From the NCBI GenBank assembly GCA_035465735.1, contig DATIVQ010000004.1, positions 1 to 45,001 of the forward strand: 45,001 nt of DNA, read 5' to 3'. Positions 1 to 8,949 of this stretch are shown here, one piece after another. The translations under genes and the position numbers were made by a program. Source of the DNA: Rudaea sp. (lineage in GTDB: Bacteria; Pseudomonadota; Gammaproteobacteria; Xanthomonadales; Rhodanobacteraceae). How positions within the stretch are numbered: the first letter of the stretch is position 1; each line of letters begins with the position of its first letter. Below the pieces are notes generated by a model. The model did not search any database, was not told where the DNA came from, and saw only the letters and a program-made list of their open reading frames with translations.

Positions 1-462
1 CATGCCGCGGCGCGACTTGTAGTCCTTCGCCTTGGCCGGATCCTCCACGATGCTCGCCCAGGCATCCACCGGCGCCAGCGTCTTGCGCGCCTGCCGCCAC
101 ATGCGCAGCAGCGCGCCGCGCACCAGCGGATACTTCATGCGGTTGGCGCTGTAGAGGTACCAGGAATAACTGGCGCCGCGCGGGCAGCCGCGCGGCTCGT
201 GGTTGGGCAGGTCCGGGCGCGTGCGCGGATAGTCGGTCTGCTGGGTTTCCCAGGTGACGAGACCATTCTTGACGTAGATCTTCCAGCTGCATGAGCCGGT
301 GCAGTTCACGCCATGGGTCGAACGCACGATCTTGTCGTACTGCCAACGCGCGCGGTAGGCGTTTTCCCAGTCGCGGCTTTCGGTCTTGGTGAAACCGTGG
401 CCATCGGCGAAGGGTTCGGGATTGCGCCGGAAGAAAACCAGGCGATCGAGAAAATAGCTCAT
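1..462 (-). CDS. narG: Respiratory nitrate reductase alpha subunit, 5' part (runs off window start)
   Basis: Manual translation [11 protein letters not shown]...[60 protein letters not shown] contains the NarG FS0 H/C cluster motif. Not in the ORF track because it is truncated. Confidence 0.97.
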   Translation of the reverse strand, partial: MSYFLDRLVFFRRNPEPFADGHGFTKTESRDWENAYRARWQYDKIVRSTHGVNCTGSCSWKIYVKNGLVTWETQQTDYPRTRPDLPNHEPRGCPRGASYSWYLYSANRMKYPLVRGALLRMWRQARKTLAPVDAWASIVEDPAKAKDYKSRRGM

Positions 463-589
463 GGCAGGAAACCTCTTTTGCTTTTGCGCACGCGCCGGTC
501 CCCAGCGAAGAAGGTTTACTCGCCTGCTCCGCAGATTTCAAGGTTACCGAACCCCGGCGTGATGCTGCCGGATGCGTCCGCCCGGCGCC

Positions 590-603
590 ATGATTCAAGT
601 CAA
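590..603 (-). promoter_or_regulatory. FNR/Anr-type box for narG
   Basis: ATGATTCAAGTCAA (minus strand TTGAC-TTGA-ATCAT) versus consensus TTGAT-N4-ATCAA, upstream of narG. Confidence 0.7.
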
Positions 604-643
604 TTCGCGGTGCCTTCGAACGCGTGAGCTGGCGCAATCCGCC

Positions 644-685
644 CTGACCCGGATCATTGAACGCAATGCGCGCGGCGGCTAGATT
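644..685 (+). promoter_or_regulatory. Putative FNR class II promoter for the GT9 gene
   Basis: CTGAC-CCGG-ATCAT (644-657, degenerate box) plus -10-like TAGATT (680-685). The box centre is about 41.5 nt from a predicted TSS near 692. Confidence 0.5.
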
Positions 686-701
686 CGGGGCACGAATCCT
701 T

Positions 702-1805
702 GTGAGCGAAATTGTCTTGCGCGTTCCGAGAACGAGCGAAATCCGGCGCATCCTGATCGTGAAATGGAGCGCGCTGGGAGACGTAGCGCTGGCCACGGCG
801 GCCATCGAGGACATTCGCCTCGCCTTTCCGCGGGCGGTGCTGCATCTGGACACGCTGCCATCGGCCAAGCGACTGTTCGCGCACGATCCGCGCTTCGACG
901 CCGTATTCGCCCTGCCGATGCGCGACCGCAAGCAGCGCCTGCGCGTGCACCGGCAATGGCTGCGCCGCGTGCGCGCCGCCCGCTACGACCTGATCGTGGA
1001 TTTGCAAAGTTCCGATCACACGCGTCTGCTGCTCGCGTGCCTGGCGTTCGGGCGCGGCGGGGTGCCTCGGCGCTGGGGCATCCGGCGCGGATTCCCGTAC
1101 ACGCTCGCGCCGCCGACCGATGCCGGCCCGCATCCACCGATGCGCATGCGCGCGCTGCTCGCGCGCGCCGGCATTCCGGCGCATACGCCGCGTGCGGTGT
1201 TGCATCCCTCGCCTGCTCAATGCGCACGTGTGGCGGCGTTGTTGCGCGAACTTGGCGCCGCGAGCAGACGCTACGCGGTGTTCCTGCCCGGCTCGCAGGC
1301 CGGCGGCTGGCTCAAGCGCTGGGGCGTGGAGCGCTATGCCGAACTCGGCGTGCTGCTGCACGCACGCGGCATCGAGCGCATTCTCGTCATCGGCGCGAGA
1401 GAGGAAATCGCGGATTGCGCGCGCATCGTCGCGTCGATCCAGGCGCGGGTGCCGGACGTCGCGTTCCATCTGGCCGATCTGGACTTGCTGGAGATCGCTC
1501 CCGCCTGCGCGGACGCTGCCTGCATCGTCGCCAACGATACCGGCACCGCGCATATTGCCGCCGCCGCGGGACGTCCGTTATGGGTGTTGTGCGGGCCGAC
1601 CGATCCGCGCCGCGTGCGCCCGTCCGGCGCGACGGCGGTGCAGGCCGACTTTCACTGCCTGAACTGCTATCGCAAGACCTGCCGCTGGGGTCCGACGCCG
1701 CAATGCCTGGAGCGGATCGAGCCGGCGGCCGTGCTCGCCCTCGCGCTGGGCGATGCCGATACCATCGACGGCCTGACACTCCATGCCGACGCCGCGACGT
1801 CGTAG
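702..1805 (+). CDS. Glycosyltransferase family 9 (ADP-heptose:LPS heptosyltransferase-like)
   Basis: RILIVKWSALGDV N-terminus, YDLIVDLQ, KRWGVERY, VANDTGTAHIAAA, GPTDP and a C-terminal CxxC...C motif. GTG start at 702 chosen; start uncertain. Confidence 0.88.
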   Translation: MSEIVLRVPRTSEIRRILIVKWSALGDVALATAAIEDIRLAFPRAVLHLDTLPSAKRLFAHDPRFDAVFALPMRDRKQRLRVHRQWLRRVRAARYDLIVDLQSSDHTRLLLACLAFGRGGVPRRWGIRRGFPYTLAPPTDAGPHPPMRMRALLARAGIPAHTPRAVLHPSPAQCARVAALLRELGAASRRYAVFLPGSQAGGWLKRWGVERYAELGVLLHARGIERILVIGAREEIADCARIVASIQARVPDVAFHLADLDLLEIAPACADAACIVANDTGTAHIAAAAGRPLWVLCGPTDPRRVRPSGATAVQADFHCLNCYRKTCRWGPTPQCLERIEPAAVLALALGDADTIDGLTLHADAATS

Positions 1806-1820
1806 CCGAACACTTCGCGC

Positions 1821-1834
1821 CTGATCCAGGTCAA
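1821..1834 (+). promoter_or_regulatory. FNR-type box for ubiUV
   Basis: CTGAT-CCAG-GTCAA, with -10-like GACGAT at 1857-1862 in class II geometry. ubiUV are FNR-regulated in E. coli. Confidence 0.7.
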
Positions 1835-1893
1835 TGCCGCATCGTCGTGCGCGCGCGACGATGCGGCAGGCGATCCATCACAGCGGGGTGCGC

Positions 1894-2895
1894 ATGCAAC
1901 TGGTTTGTCCTGCAGGAAACTTGCCGGCGCTGCAGGCGGCAATCGACGCCGGCGCCGACGCGGTGTACGCGGGCTTCCGCGACCAGACCAATGCGCGCGC
2001 GTTTCCCGGCCTGAACTTCAGCGATACGGAGTTGCGCGCGGGCGTCGCTTACGCGCATGCGCGCGGGCGCAAGGTGTATCTCGCGCTCAACACGTATCCG
2101 GACAGCGCGCGCCTGCAAACCTGGTGCGATGCGGTCGACAAGGCTGCCGCGTTCGGCTGCGACGCGATCATTGCCGCCGAAATGGCCGTGCTCGATTACG
2201 CCGCGCGCACGCATCCGGCGCTGCCGCGTCACCTGTCCGTGCAGGGCTCGGCCACGACCGCGCCGGCGCTGCGCTACATGTACGAGCGCTTCGGCATCGC
2301 GCGCGCGGTGCTGCCGCGCGTGCTCGCGATCCAGCAGGTCGAGCGCCTGTGCGAGAGCGCGCCGGTGCCACTGGAGGTGTTCGCCTTCGGCAGCCTGTGC
2401 ATCATGGTCGAGGGCCGCTGCCAGCTGTCGAGCTACGTCACCGGAGCCTCGCCGAACCGCCACGGCGTATGTTCGCCGGCGAAGTTCGTGCGCTGGGGCG
2501 AGTCTGCCGACGGTCGCCGCAGCGTGCATCTGAACGGCGTACTGATCGATAAATACGAGCCAGCAGAAGCGGCCGGCTATCCGACCGTGTGCAAGGGCCG
2601 CTTCGACGTGCGCGGCGAGATCTTCCACGCACTCGAGGAACCGACCAGCCTGAACACGCTGGAGTTGCTGCCGCGGCTCGCGCAGGCCGGCGTCGCAGCG
2701 CTGAAGATCGAAGGCCGCCAGCGCGGCGTCGCCTACGTCGCCTCGGTCACACGCACCTGGCGCGCGGCGATCGACCGCTATGACGCCGCGGGTGCCCGGG
2801 CATGGACGACGCAAGCGGCCTGGCAGGAAACGCTCGCTGCGCACGCCGAAGGTCACCAGACCACGCTCGGCCCGTATCACCGCCACTGGCATTGA
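1894..2895 (+). CDS. ubiU: Anaerobic ubiquinone biosynthesis protein UbiU (U32 family, [4Fe-4S])
   Basis: MQLVCPAGNLPAL, GADAVYAG, NARAFPGLNF, Cys motif CIMVEGRC...GVCSPA...PTVCKGRF, LKIEGRQR; followed by ubiV. Confidence 0.95.
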   Translation: MQLVCPAGNLPALQAAIDAGADAVYAGFRDQTNARAFPGLNFSDTELRAGVAYAHARGRKVYLALNTYPDSARLQTWCDAVDKAAAFGCDAIIAAEMAVLDYAARTHPALPRHLSVQGSATTAPALRYMYERFGIARAVLPRVLAIQQVERLCESAPVPLEVFAFGSLCIMVEGRCQLSSYVTGASPNRHGVCSPAKFVRWGESADGRRSVHLNGVLIDKYEPAEAAGYPTVCKGRFDVRGEIFHALEEPTSLNTLELLPRLAQAGVAALKIEGRQRGVAYVASVTRTWRAAIDRYDAAGARAWTTQAAWQETLAAHAEGHQTTLGPYHRHWH

Positions 2896-2905
2896 AGGAG
2901 CGCCG

Positions 2906-3781
2906 ATGAAAATCAGTCTTGGCCCGCTCCAATACTTCTGGCCGCGCGAGCAAACGCTCGCCTTCTACCACGATGCCGCCGCGTGGCCGCTCGACATCGT
3001 GTACGTGGGCGAGACCGTATGCAGCAAGCGCCGCGAACTCGGCACGCGCGACTGGATCGACCTCGCCCGCCAACTCGCGCAGGCCGGCAAGGAAGTCGTG
3101 CTGTCCTCGCTCGCCCTGATCGAGGCCGAATCCGAACTCGGCGCGCTCAGGCGTCAAGTCGAGAATGGCGATTTCCGCATCGAGGCAAACGATCTTTCCG
3201 CCGTGCAGTTGTGCCGCGAACGGCGCGTGCCTTTTGTCGGCGGGCCTTCGCTCAACGTCTACAACCATGCGGCGCTGGCGATGCTCTGCGACGACGGTCT
3301 GTATCGCTGGGTGCCCGGCGTGGAGCAAGGCCGCGTGCTGATCGCCGATGTGCACGCGGCGATGTCGGCGTGGGGCCGCGCCATGCCCGAACTCGAGGTG
3401 ATCGCGTACGGACGCCTGCCTTTGTCGTGGTCGGCGCGCTGCTTCACCGCGCGCGCGCACGATGTCGCCAAGGACCAGTGCGGTTTCCGCTGCATCGACT
3501 ACCCGGATGGCCTGGCCCTGGCCACGCGCGAAGGCATGCCATTCCTGCGCATCAACGGCATCCAGATCCAGGGCGACGAAGTCACGGACCTCGGCCCGGA
3601 ATTGCCCGCATTGCGCGAACTCGGCGTCGACGTGCTGCGCCTGTATCCGCAACACGAAGGCATGGCCGAGGTGGTCGCGCATTTCGACAAGGCGCGCCGG
3701 GAAGCGCAGCCGCCGCCACGCATCGGCGCACGCAACGGCTACTGGCACGGCGAGCCGGGCATGACCCTGCCCGGCGTCTGA
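2906..3781 (+). CDS. ubiV: Anaerobic ubiquinone biosynthesis protein UbiV (U32 family)
   Basis: RBS AAGGAG; MKISLGPLQYFW, GETVCSKR, EANDLSAV, SARCFTAR, KDQCGFRC, INGIQ. Confidence 0.95.
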   Translation: MKISLGPLQYFWPREQTLAFYHDAAAWPLDIVYVGETVCSKRRELGTRDWIDLARQLAQAGKEVVLSSLALIEAESELGALRRQVENGDFRIEANDLSAVQLCRERRVPFVGGPSLNVYNHAALAMLCDDGLYRWVPGVEQGRVLIADVHAAMSAWGRAMPELEVIAYGRLPLSWSARCFTARAHDVAKDQCGFRCIDYPDGLALATREGMPFLRINGIQIQGDEVTDLGPELPALRELGVDVLRLYPQHEGMAEVVAHFDKARREAQPPPRIGARNGYWHGEPGMTLPGV

Positions 3782-4990
3782 TCAGACCCTGGCGAACACC
3801 AGGCTCGCGTTGGTACCGCCGAAACCGAAGCTGTTCGACATTACGGTCGCCGGCTTCGCGGCGCGGCTTTCGCGCAACACCGGGAATCCCTGTGCGCGCG
3901 GATCGAGCACGTCGATGTTGGCCGAACCGGCCAGGAAGCCGTCGCGCAACATGAGCAGGCTGTAGATGGCCTCGTGCACGCTGGCGGCGCCCAGCGCGTG
4001 GCCGGTCAACGCCTTGGTCGAGGACAGCGGCGGCACGTCGGCGCCGAAGACGGCACGCACCGCATCGAGCTCGACGAGATCGCCCAGCGGCGTCGCCGTG
4101 CCGTGCGTGTTGAGATAGTCGATCGGATCCTTCACATCCTGCAGCGCCATGCGCATGCAACGCGCCGCGCCTTCGCCAGTGGGCGCGACCATGTCGGCGC
4201 CGTCGGAGGTCACGCCGTAGCCGATGAGTTCGGCGTGGATGCGCGCCCCGCGCGCCTTCGCATGTTCGTAGTCCTCGAGCACCAGTATGCCGCCGCCGCC
4301 GGCGATCACGAAACCGTCGCGACCGACATCGTAGGGCCGCGATGCGCACTGCGGCGTCGCGTTGTAGGCGGTCGACAGCGCGCCCATCGCGTCGAACTGC
4401 GCGGTCATGCCCCAGTGCAGTTCCTCGCCGCCGCCGGCGAAGACGATGTCCTGCGCACCGTGGCGGATCAGGTCGGCGCCCGCGCCGATGCAATGCGCCG
4501 AAGTGGCGCAGGCCGCCGCGATCGAATAGCTCAGGCCGAGGATGCCGAACGCTGTCGCAAGCGTCGCGGAAACCGTCGAGCACATCGTGCGCGGCACCAT
4601 GCACGGCCCGACCTTGCGCACGCCGCGGGCGCGCAGCAAATCTGCGGTTTCGATCTGCCATTGCGCCGAGCCGCCGCCGGAACCGGCGATCACGCCGATG
4701 CGCGGGTGGCGGATGCGGTCCAGCGCGAGGCCGGCATCGGCAATCGCGTTGCGCATCGACACGTAGGCGTACGCGGCAGCATCGCCCATGAAGCGCTTGA
4801 GCTTGCGGTCGATGAGCGCATCCAGGTCGATCTCGGGCCGGCCGGCGACCGCACTGCGCAAGCCTTGCGTGGCGAATTCCGGCATTGCGCGAATGCCACT
4901 CAGGCTCTCGCGCAGCGCGTGTGCGACCTGATCCAGCCCCTGCCCGAGACAGGACACGAGGCCCATGCCGGTGACAACGACGCGACGCAT
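3782..4990 (-). CDS. fabB: Beta-ketoacyl-ACP synthase I
   Basis: [10 protein letters not shown], catalytic [35 protein letters not shown]; follows fabA. Confidence 0.95.
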   Translation of the reverse strand: MRRVVVTGMGLVSCLGQGLDQVAHALRESLSGIRAMPEFATQGLRSAVAGRPEIDLDALIDRKLKRFMGDAAAYAYVSMRNAIADAGLALDRIRHPRIGVIAGSGGGSAQWQIETADLLRARGVRKVGPCMVPRTMCSTVSATLATAFGILGLSYSIAAACATSAHCIGAGADLIRHGAQDIVFAGGGEELHWGMTAQFDAMGALSTAYNATPQCASRPYDVGRDGFVIAGGGGILVLEDYEHAKARGARIHAELIGYGVTSDGADMVAPTGEGAARCMRMALQDVKDPIDYLNTHGTATPLGDLVELDAVRAVFGADVPPLSSTKALTGHALGAASVHEAIYSLLMLRDGFLAGSANIDVLDPRAQGFPVLRESRAAKPATVMSNSFGFGGTNASLVFARV

Positions 4991-4991
4991 G

Positions 4992-5507
4992 CTAGAGATT
5001 CTCCGTGGATTGGAACAGGCCCACGCGCAAACCGTTCGCTGCGTAGATCAGGCGGTCATCGACGAACGTGCGACCATCGGCGACGACCAGCTTCAGGCGC
5101 CCGCGGACGACACGGCAGACGTCGATCTCGTAGCGTACGAGGCGCGCGCTCGGCAGAATCTGACCGGTAAACTTCACCTCACCCACGCCAAGCGCACGTC
5201 CGCGCCCGGACTCGCCCAGCCAGGGCAGATAGAACCCGGCCAGTTGCCACATCGCATCCAGACCCAGGCAGCCGGGCATGACCGGATCGCCCTCGAAATG
5301 GCAGCCGAAAAACCACAGGTCCGGGCGGATGTCGAGCTCGGCCTGCAGCACGCCCTTGCCATGCGCACCACCGTGCTCGTCGATGTGCGTGATGCGATCG
5401 AACATCAGCATCGGGGGCGACGGCAGACGTGCGTTGCCGGGGCCGAACAATTCGCCGCGCGCGCACGCGAGCAGCTGACTGTAGTCGAGCGAACTGGGTG
5501 GTCGCAT
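4992..5507 (-). CDS. fabA: 3-hydroxydecanoyl-ACP dehydratase/isomerase
   Basis: [21 protein letters not shown] and [24 protein letters not shown] (His/Asp pair of FabA), [13 protein letters not shown]. Confidence 0.96.
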   Translation of the reverse strand: MRPPSSLDYSQLLACARGELFGPGNARLPSPPMLMFDRITHIDEHGGAHGKGVLQAELDIRPDLWFFGCHFEGDPVMPGCLGLDAMWQLAGFYLPWLGESGRGRALGVGEVKFTGQILPSARLVRYEIDVCRVVRGRLKLVVADGRTFVDDRLIYAANGLRVGLFQSTENL

Positions 5508-5536
5508 CGTGGACAAGGCGAGGGAAAAGAACGCTC

Positions 5537-5577
5537 ATTCTCGCACAAGTCGCGGCGCGCACACTGATACCCGTCAA
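5537..5577 (-). promoter_or_regulatory. FNR-type promoter for fabAB
   Basis: Minus strand TTGAC-GGGT-ATCAG (5577-5564, overlapping the nadB stop) plus extended -10 TGcGAGAAT (hexamer 5542-5537). Confidence 0.65.
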
Positions 5578-7037
5578 GCGGGCGTCGCCATGCGCCGCCC
5601 GGACAGAGTCGCTGCGTGCGCGTCGCGGCGGAAATGCGCACCGAGCGAGCCGCCGCGGCGCAGTGCGGCTTCGAGCACGGCGTGGCCGACACGGGCTTGC
5701 CAGCCCGCTTCGCGCCAGGCCATGCAGGCATGCAAGGCGCCGCGCAGGGTCGCGGCCTCGCGTTCCGGGCCGGCCGAGTCCCACAGCAATTCGCGCAATT
5801 CGACGCACAGCGATTCCGGCAGGACAGCGCCGCGCTCGGCCCAGCGCACGGGTCCACGCGCCGGCACTGCGCTGTGCGCGGCCAGCACCGCGCCCAGATG
5901 GCGGCCGCAAACGACACCTTCCAGCAGCGAATTGCTGGCCAGCCGGTTGGCTCCGTGGGCGCCGTTGCAGGCGACTTCGCCGACGGCGTACAGGCCCGGC
6001 ACGCTGGTGCGTCCGTCGCGATCGACGGCCAGGCCACCCATGTGGAAATGCGCTGCGGGCGCGACCGGGAGCGGTTCGTTGCGCGGGTCGATACCCACCG
6101 CCAGGGCCGCGGCGAACACGGTCGGAAAGCGCCGCGTCCACTCGCCCTGTACGGCACGGGCGTCGAGCCACACGCGCGTGCCGTGCTGGCGCTCCCGCCA
6201 GATACGGCGCGCGACGACATCGCGTGGAGCCAGATCCTGCAGTGGATGCACGCCACGCATTAACGGCCGGCCGGCGTCGTCGCGCAAGCATGCGCCCGCG
6301 CCGCGCAACGCCTCGGTAACCAGCGGCAGGCAATGGCGACCGGGAATGTCGAGAGCGGTCGGATGAAACTGCACGAACTCGAGATCGCGCGTGAGGGCAC
6401 CCGCCGCCATGCCGAGCGCCAGGCCGGCGCCTTGCGCGCCCGGCGGATTGCTGGTGCACGCGAACAGCGCGCCGATGCCGCCGGTGGCGAGCACGACAGC
6501 CGAGGCATCGAACTCGTGGCGCTGTCCGCCGGCGGCGCAGGCGCGCAAGCCGCAGGCGGCGCCATCGCGCAACCGCAAGGCTTCGACATCCATGCCCGCG
6601 ATCCATTGCACGTGCGCCGCCCGCGCGACGCGCTCGCACAACGCGCGCATGAGTTCCGCCCCGGTGGCGTCGCCGCCGGCGTGTACGATGCGCGCTGCAC
6701 CGTGTCCGCCTTCGCGGCCCAGTTGCAGATTGCCTTCGCCGTCGCGGTCGAACGCTACGCCCTGCGCCCTCAGCCAGTCAATGGCGCCTCCCGCCTGCGT
6801 GCATAACCAATGCACGAAGGCGGCATCGTTGTGGTGCGAACCTGCACTTAGCGTGTCGCGCGCGTGTTCGGCCGGCGCGTCGCGGTTACCCAGGGCGGCC
6901 GCGATCCCGCCTTGCGCGAGAGCGGTCGCCGCATCGCCGCGCTCGCGCGAGACAAGCAACACCGGCGCCGGCGCGGCGGCCAGCGCCGTCGTCAGCCCGG
7001 CCACGCCGGCACCGACGACGACGATCGGCGCGTTCAT
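5574..7037 (-). CDS. nadB: L-aspartate oxidase
   Basis: VVVGAGVAGL FAD site, AQGGI, REGGH, EFVQFHPT, LVTEALRG, LAPRDVVAR, HGANRLASNSLLE; ATGA overlap with nadA. Confidence 0.95.
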   Translation of the reverse strand: MNAPIVVVGAGVAGLTTALAAAPAPVLLVSRERGDAATALAQGGIAAALGNRDAPAEHARDTLSAGSHHNDAAFVHWLCTQAGGAIDWLRAQGVAFDRDGEGNLQLGREGGHGAARIVHAGGDATGAELMRALCERVARAAHVQWIAGMDVEALRLRDGAACGLRACAAGGQRHEFDASAVVLATGGIGALFACTSNPPGAQGAGLALGMAAGALTRDLEFVQFHPTALDIPGRHCLPLVTEALRGAGACLRDDAGRPLMRGVHPLQDLAPRDVVARRIWRERQHGTRVWLDARAVQGEWTRRFPTVFAAALAVGIDPRNEPLPVAPAAHFHMGGLAVDRDGRTSVPGLYAVGEVACNGAHGANRLASNSLLEGVVCGRHLGAVLAAHSAVPARGPVRWAERGAVLPESLCVELRELLWDSAGPEREAATLRGALHACMAWREAGWQARVGHAVLEAALRRGGSLGAHFRRDAHAATLSGRRMATPA

Positions 7038-8059
7038 GCGCGTTCGGCCCGGCCGACCGCGAGCATGCGCTCGAGTGCGCCGCGCGCGCGCGCGGCGATG
7101 GCGGCAGGAATCTCCACGGCATGGCGCAGGTCGCGCAGCGCCACGTACACGTTCTGCAGGGTGATGCGCTGCATGTGCGGGCACAGGTTGCAGGGCTTGA
7201 TGAACTCAGTCGCCGGGAACTGCGCGCGCAGGTTGTCGGCCATCGAGCACTCGGTGATCAAGGCCACGCGCGCCGGCCGCTCCCTGGCAAGCCAGCGTCC
7301 CATCGCCGTGGTCGAACCGACGAAATCGGCTTCCGCCAACACCTCGGGCGGACACTCCGGATGCGCAACCAGCCGGGCGCCGTAGCGCTCGCGCGCATGG
7401 CGCGCCTCGACGGCGGTGAACTTCTCGTGCACCTCGCAGCGCCCGTTCCAGAGGATCAGGTCGACGGCGGTGTGTTGCGCCACGTGCGCGCCGAGAAAGC
7501 GGTCGGGCAGGAAGATCACCCGGTCCGCATCGAGCGATTCGACCACCTGCACGGCGTTGGCCGAGGTGCAGCAGACGTCGGACTCGGCCTTCACCTCGGC
7601 CGAGGTGTTGACGTAGCTCACCACCGGCACGCCGGGGTGGCGCGCGCGCAGGGCGCGCACGTCCACGGCGGCGATCGAGGCCGCCAGCGAACAGCCGGCT
7701 TCGGGATCGGGAATCAGCACGGTCTTGTCCGGCGCGAGGATCTTGGCGCTCTCGGCCATGAAATGGACGCCGCACAGCACGATGATGCCGGCTTCGCACG
7801 CGGCCGCAGCCTGCGCCAGCGCGAGCGAATCGCCGGTGACGTCGGCGACGCCGTGGAAGATCTCCGGTGACTGGTAGCTGTGCGCCATGATCACGGCGCC
7901 GCGCTCGCGCTTGAGCCGGTTGATCGCCTCGATCCACGGCAGGTGCAGCGGCCATTCCAGGCACGGCACGAGGTGTTCGATGCGTGCGCGCAGCGCCGAA
8001 TATTCGTGTTCGAGGTCCTCGCGCCAGGCCGGTACCGGCACGCCCGCTGAAGCGCGCAT
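7034..8059 (-). CDS. nadA: Quinolinate synthase
   Basis: AHSYQ, GDSLAL, CGVHFMAE, AGCSLA, YVNTS, CEVH, HPEC, GST, CPHM motifs. Confidence 0.96.
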   Translation of the reverse strand: MRASAGVPVPAWREDLEHEYSALRARIEHLVPCLEWPLHLPWIEAINRLKRERGAVIMAHSYQSPEIFHGVADVTGDSLALAQAAAACEAGIIVLCGVHFMAESAKILAPDKTVLIPDPEAGCSLAASIAAVDVRALRARHPGVPVVSYVNTSAEVKAESDVCCTSANAVQVVESLDADRVIFLPDRFLGAHVAQHTAVDLILWNGRCEVHEKFTAVEARHARERYGARLVAHPECPPEVLAEADFVGSTTAMGRWLARERPARVALITECSMADNLRAQFPATEFIKPCNLCPHMQRITLQNVYVALRDLRHAVEIPAAIAARARGALERMLAVGRAERA

Positions 8060-8088
8060 CGCAATTCCTCGCCGGCTCGCCGTCCGCC

Positions 8089-8949
8089 TCAATCCGCGCC
8101 GCGGTGCGCCGCGCGGGCCGCGCGCGCGAAACGCGCGGCGCGGTTGAGTGCGATGCGCAGCCCGAGCGGGACCTGCTCCCACGGCAGGCGGTCGAGCACG
8201 TTGCGCAGGGTCAGGCCAAGTTCGGTGTCGCCGGTCAGGACGAGGCGGCGCTGGAAGAACAGCGTGTCGGCGTCTTCCAGGCGGCTGGCGAGCAGGAGCA
8301 GGTCGGTCAGGCTGCCGCGCACGGTGGCCTCGGCCGGTTCGTCGCAGGCGTGCAGGCCGGCGTCGCGCCATTCGAATGTCCAGCGCTGGTCCAGATCGGA
8401 AATCTCGATGCCGAGGCGGCGGCCGCGCATGAAGTCCAGGGTGTCGTCCGCGCCGAGCGGCGCGAGCGCGGGTCCGAGCAGGGATTCGACCGCGCGTGCC
8501 TGCCAGCGCCGCGGGATCGCGCGCAGCAGCGGCCGCAGGCGCCGTGGCGGCGGCAAAAGGCGCAGCCACGGATGCGTCGCCTGCACGGTCTCGAACGAAG
8601 GGGTCATGACCGGCACCATCATGCCCGCAGCGGCGTCCGCGGCGCCTTGATCCAGGTCAGACGCCAGTCCTTGCTGCTCGCAGGCGTCGCGGATCAGCAT
8701 GCCGACCAGTTGCCGCGCGGTGGCGTCCGGCACGTCCAGCCGCCGCGCCAGGCGTTGCGCGCGCGCATGGACTTCGTACTCGCGCTCCGTGTCACGCGCG
8801 AGCCCGCCGGCGTGGCGCTTGATCGGCGCCATCGCGCCGACGATGCGGCGGCGCGCGGCCAGCAGCACGAGCAACGCATCGTCGACGCGGTCGATGGCGC
8901 GGCGCGCTCCGGCAAGCACGACGATTCCGGGCACTGGCAGAACGTTCAT
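8089..8949 (-). CDS. ubiT: Fusion: AroQ-type chorismate mutase domain + SCP2-domain UbiT
   Basis: The first ~93 aa align without gaps to the E. coli PheA CM domain (from memory). The C-terminal half has the UbiT signature EDADTLFFQRRLVLTGDTELGLTLRNVLD. One open frame with no stop between the domains. Confidence 0.88.
   Translation of the reverse strand: MNVLPVPGIVVLAGARRAIDRVDDALLVLLAARRRIVGAMAPIKRHAGGLARDTEREYEVHARAQRLARRLDVPDATARQLVGMLIRDACEQQGLASDLDQGAADAAAGMMVPVMTPSFETVQATHPWLRLLPPPRRLRPLLRAIPRRWQARAVESLLGPALAPLGADDTLDFMRGRRLGIEISDLDQRWTFEWRDAGLHACDEPAEATVRGSLTDLLLLASRLEDADTLFFQRRLVLTGDTELGLTLRNVLDRLPWEQVPLGLRIALNRAARFARAARAAHRGAD
8618..8660 (-). promoter_or_regulatory. Internal FNR-type promoter within the CM-UbiT linker
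   Basis: Plus strand TTGAT-CCAG-GTCAG (8647-8660) and minus strand -10-like CATGAT (8623-8618). Predicted TSS near 8612, just before an in-frame ATG at 8607. Confidence 0.55.

Noticed and set aside
463-600. NarL heptamer sites in the narG leader
   Set aside because: Only partial TAC-containing matches, with no 7-2-7 arrangement.
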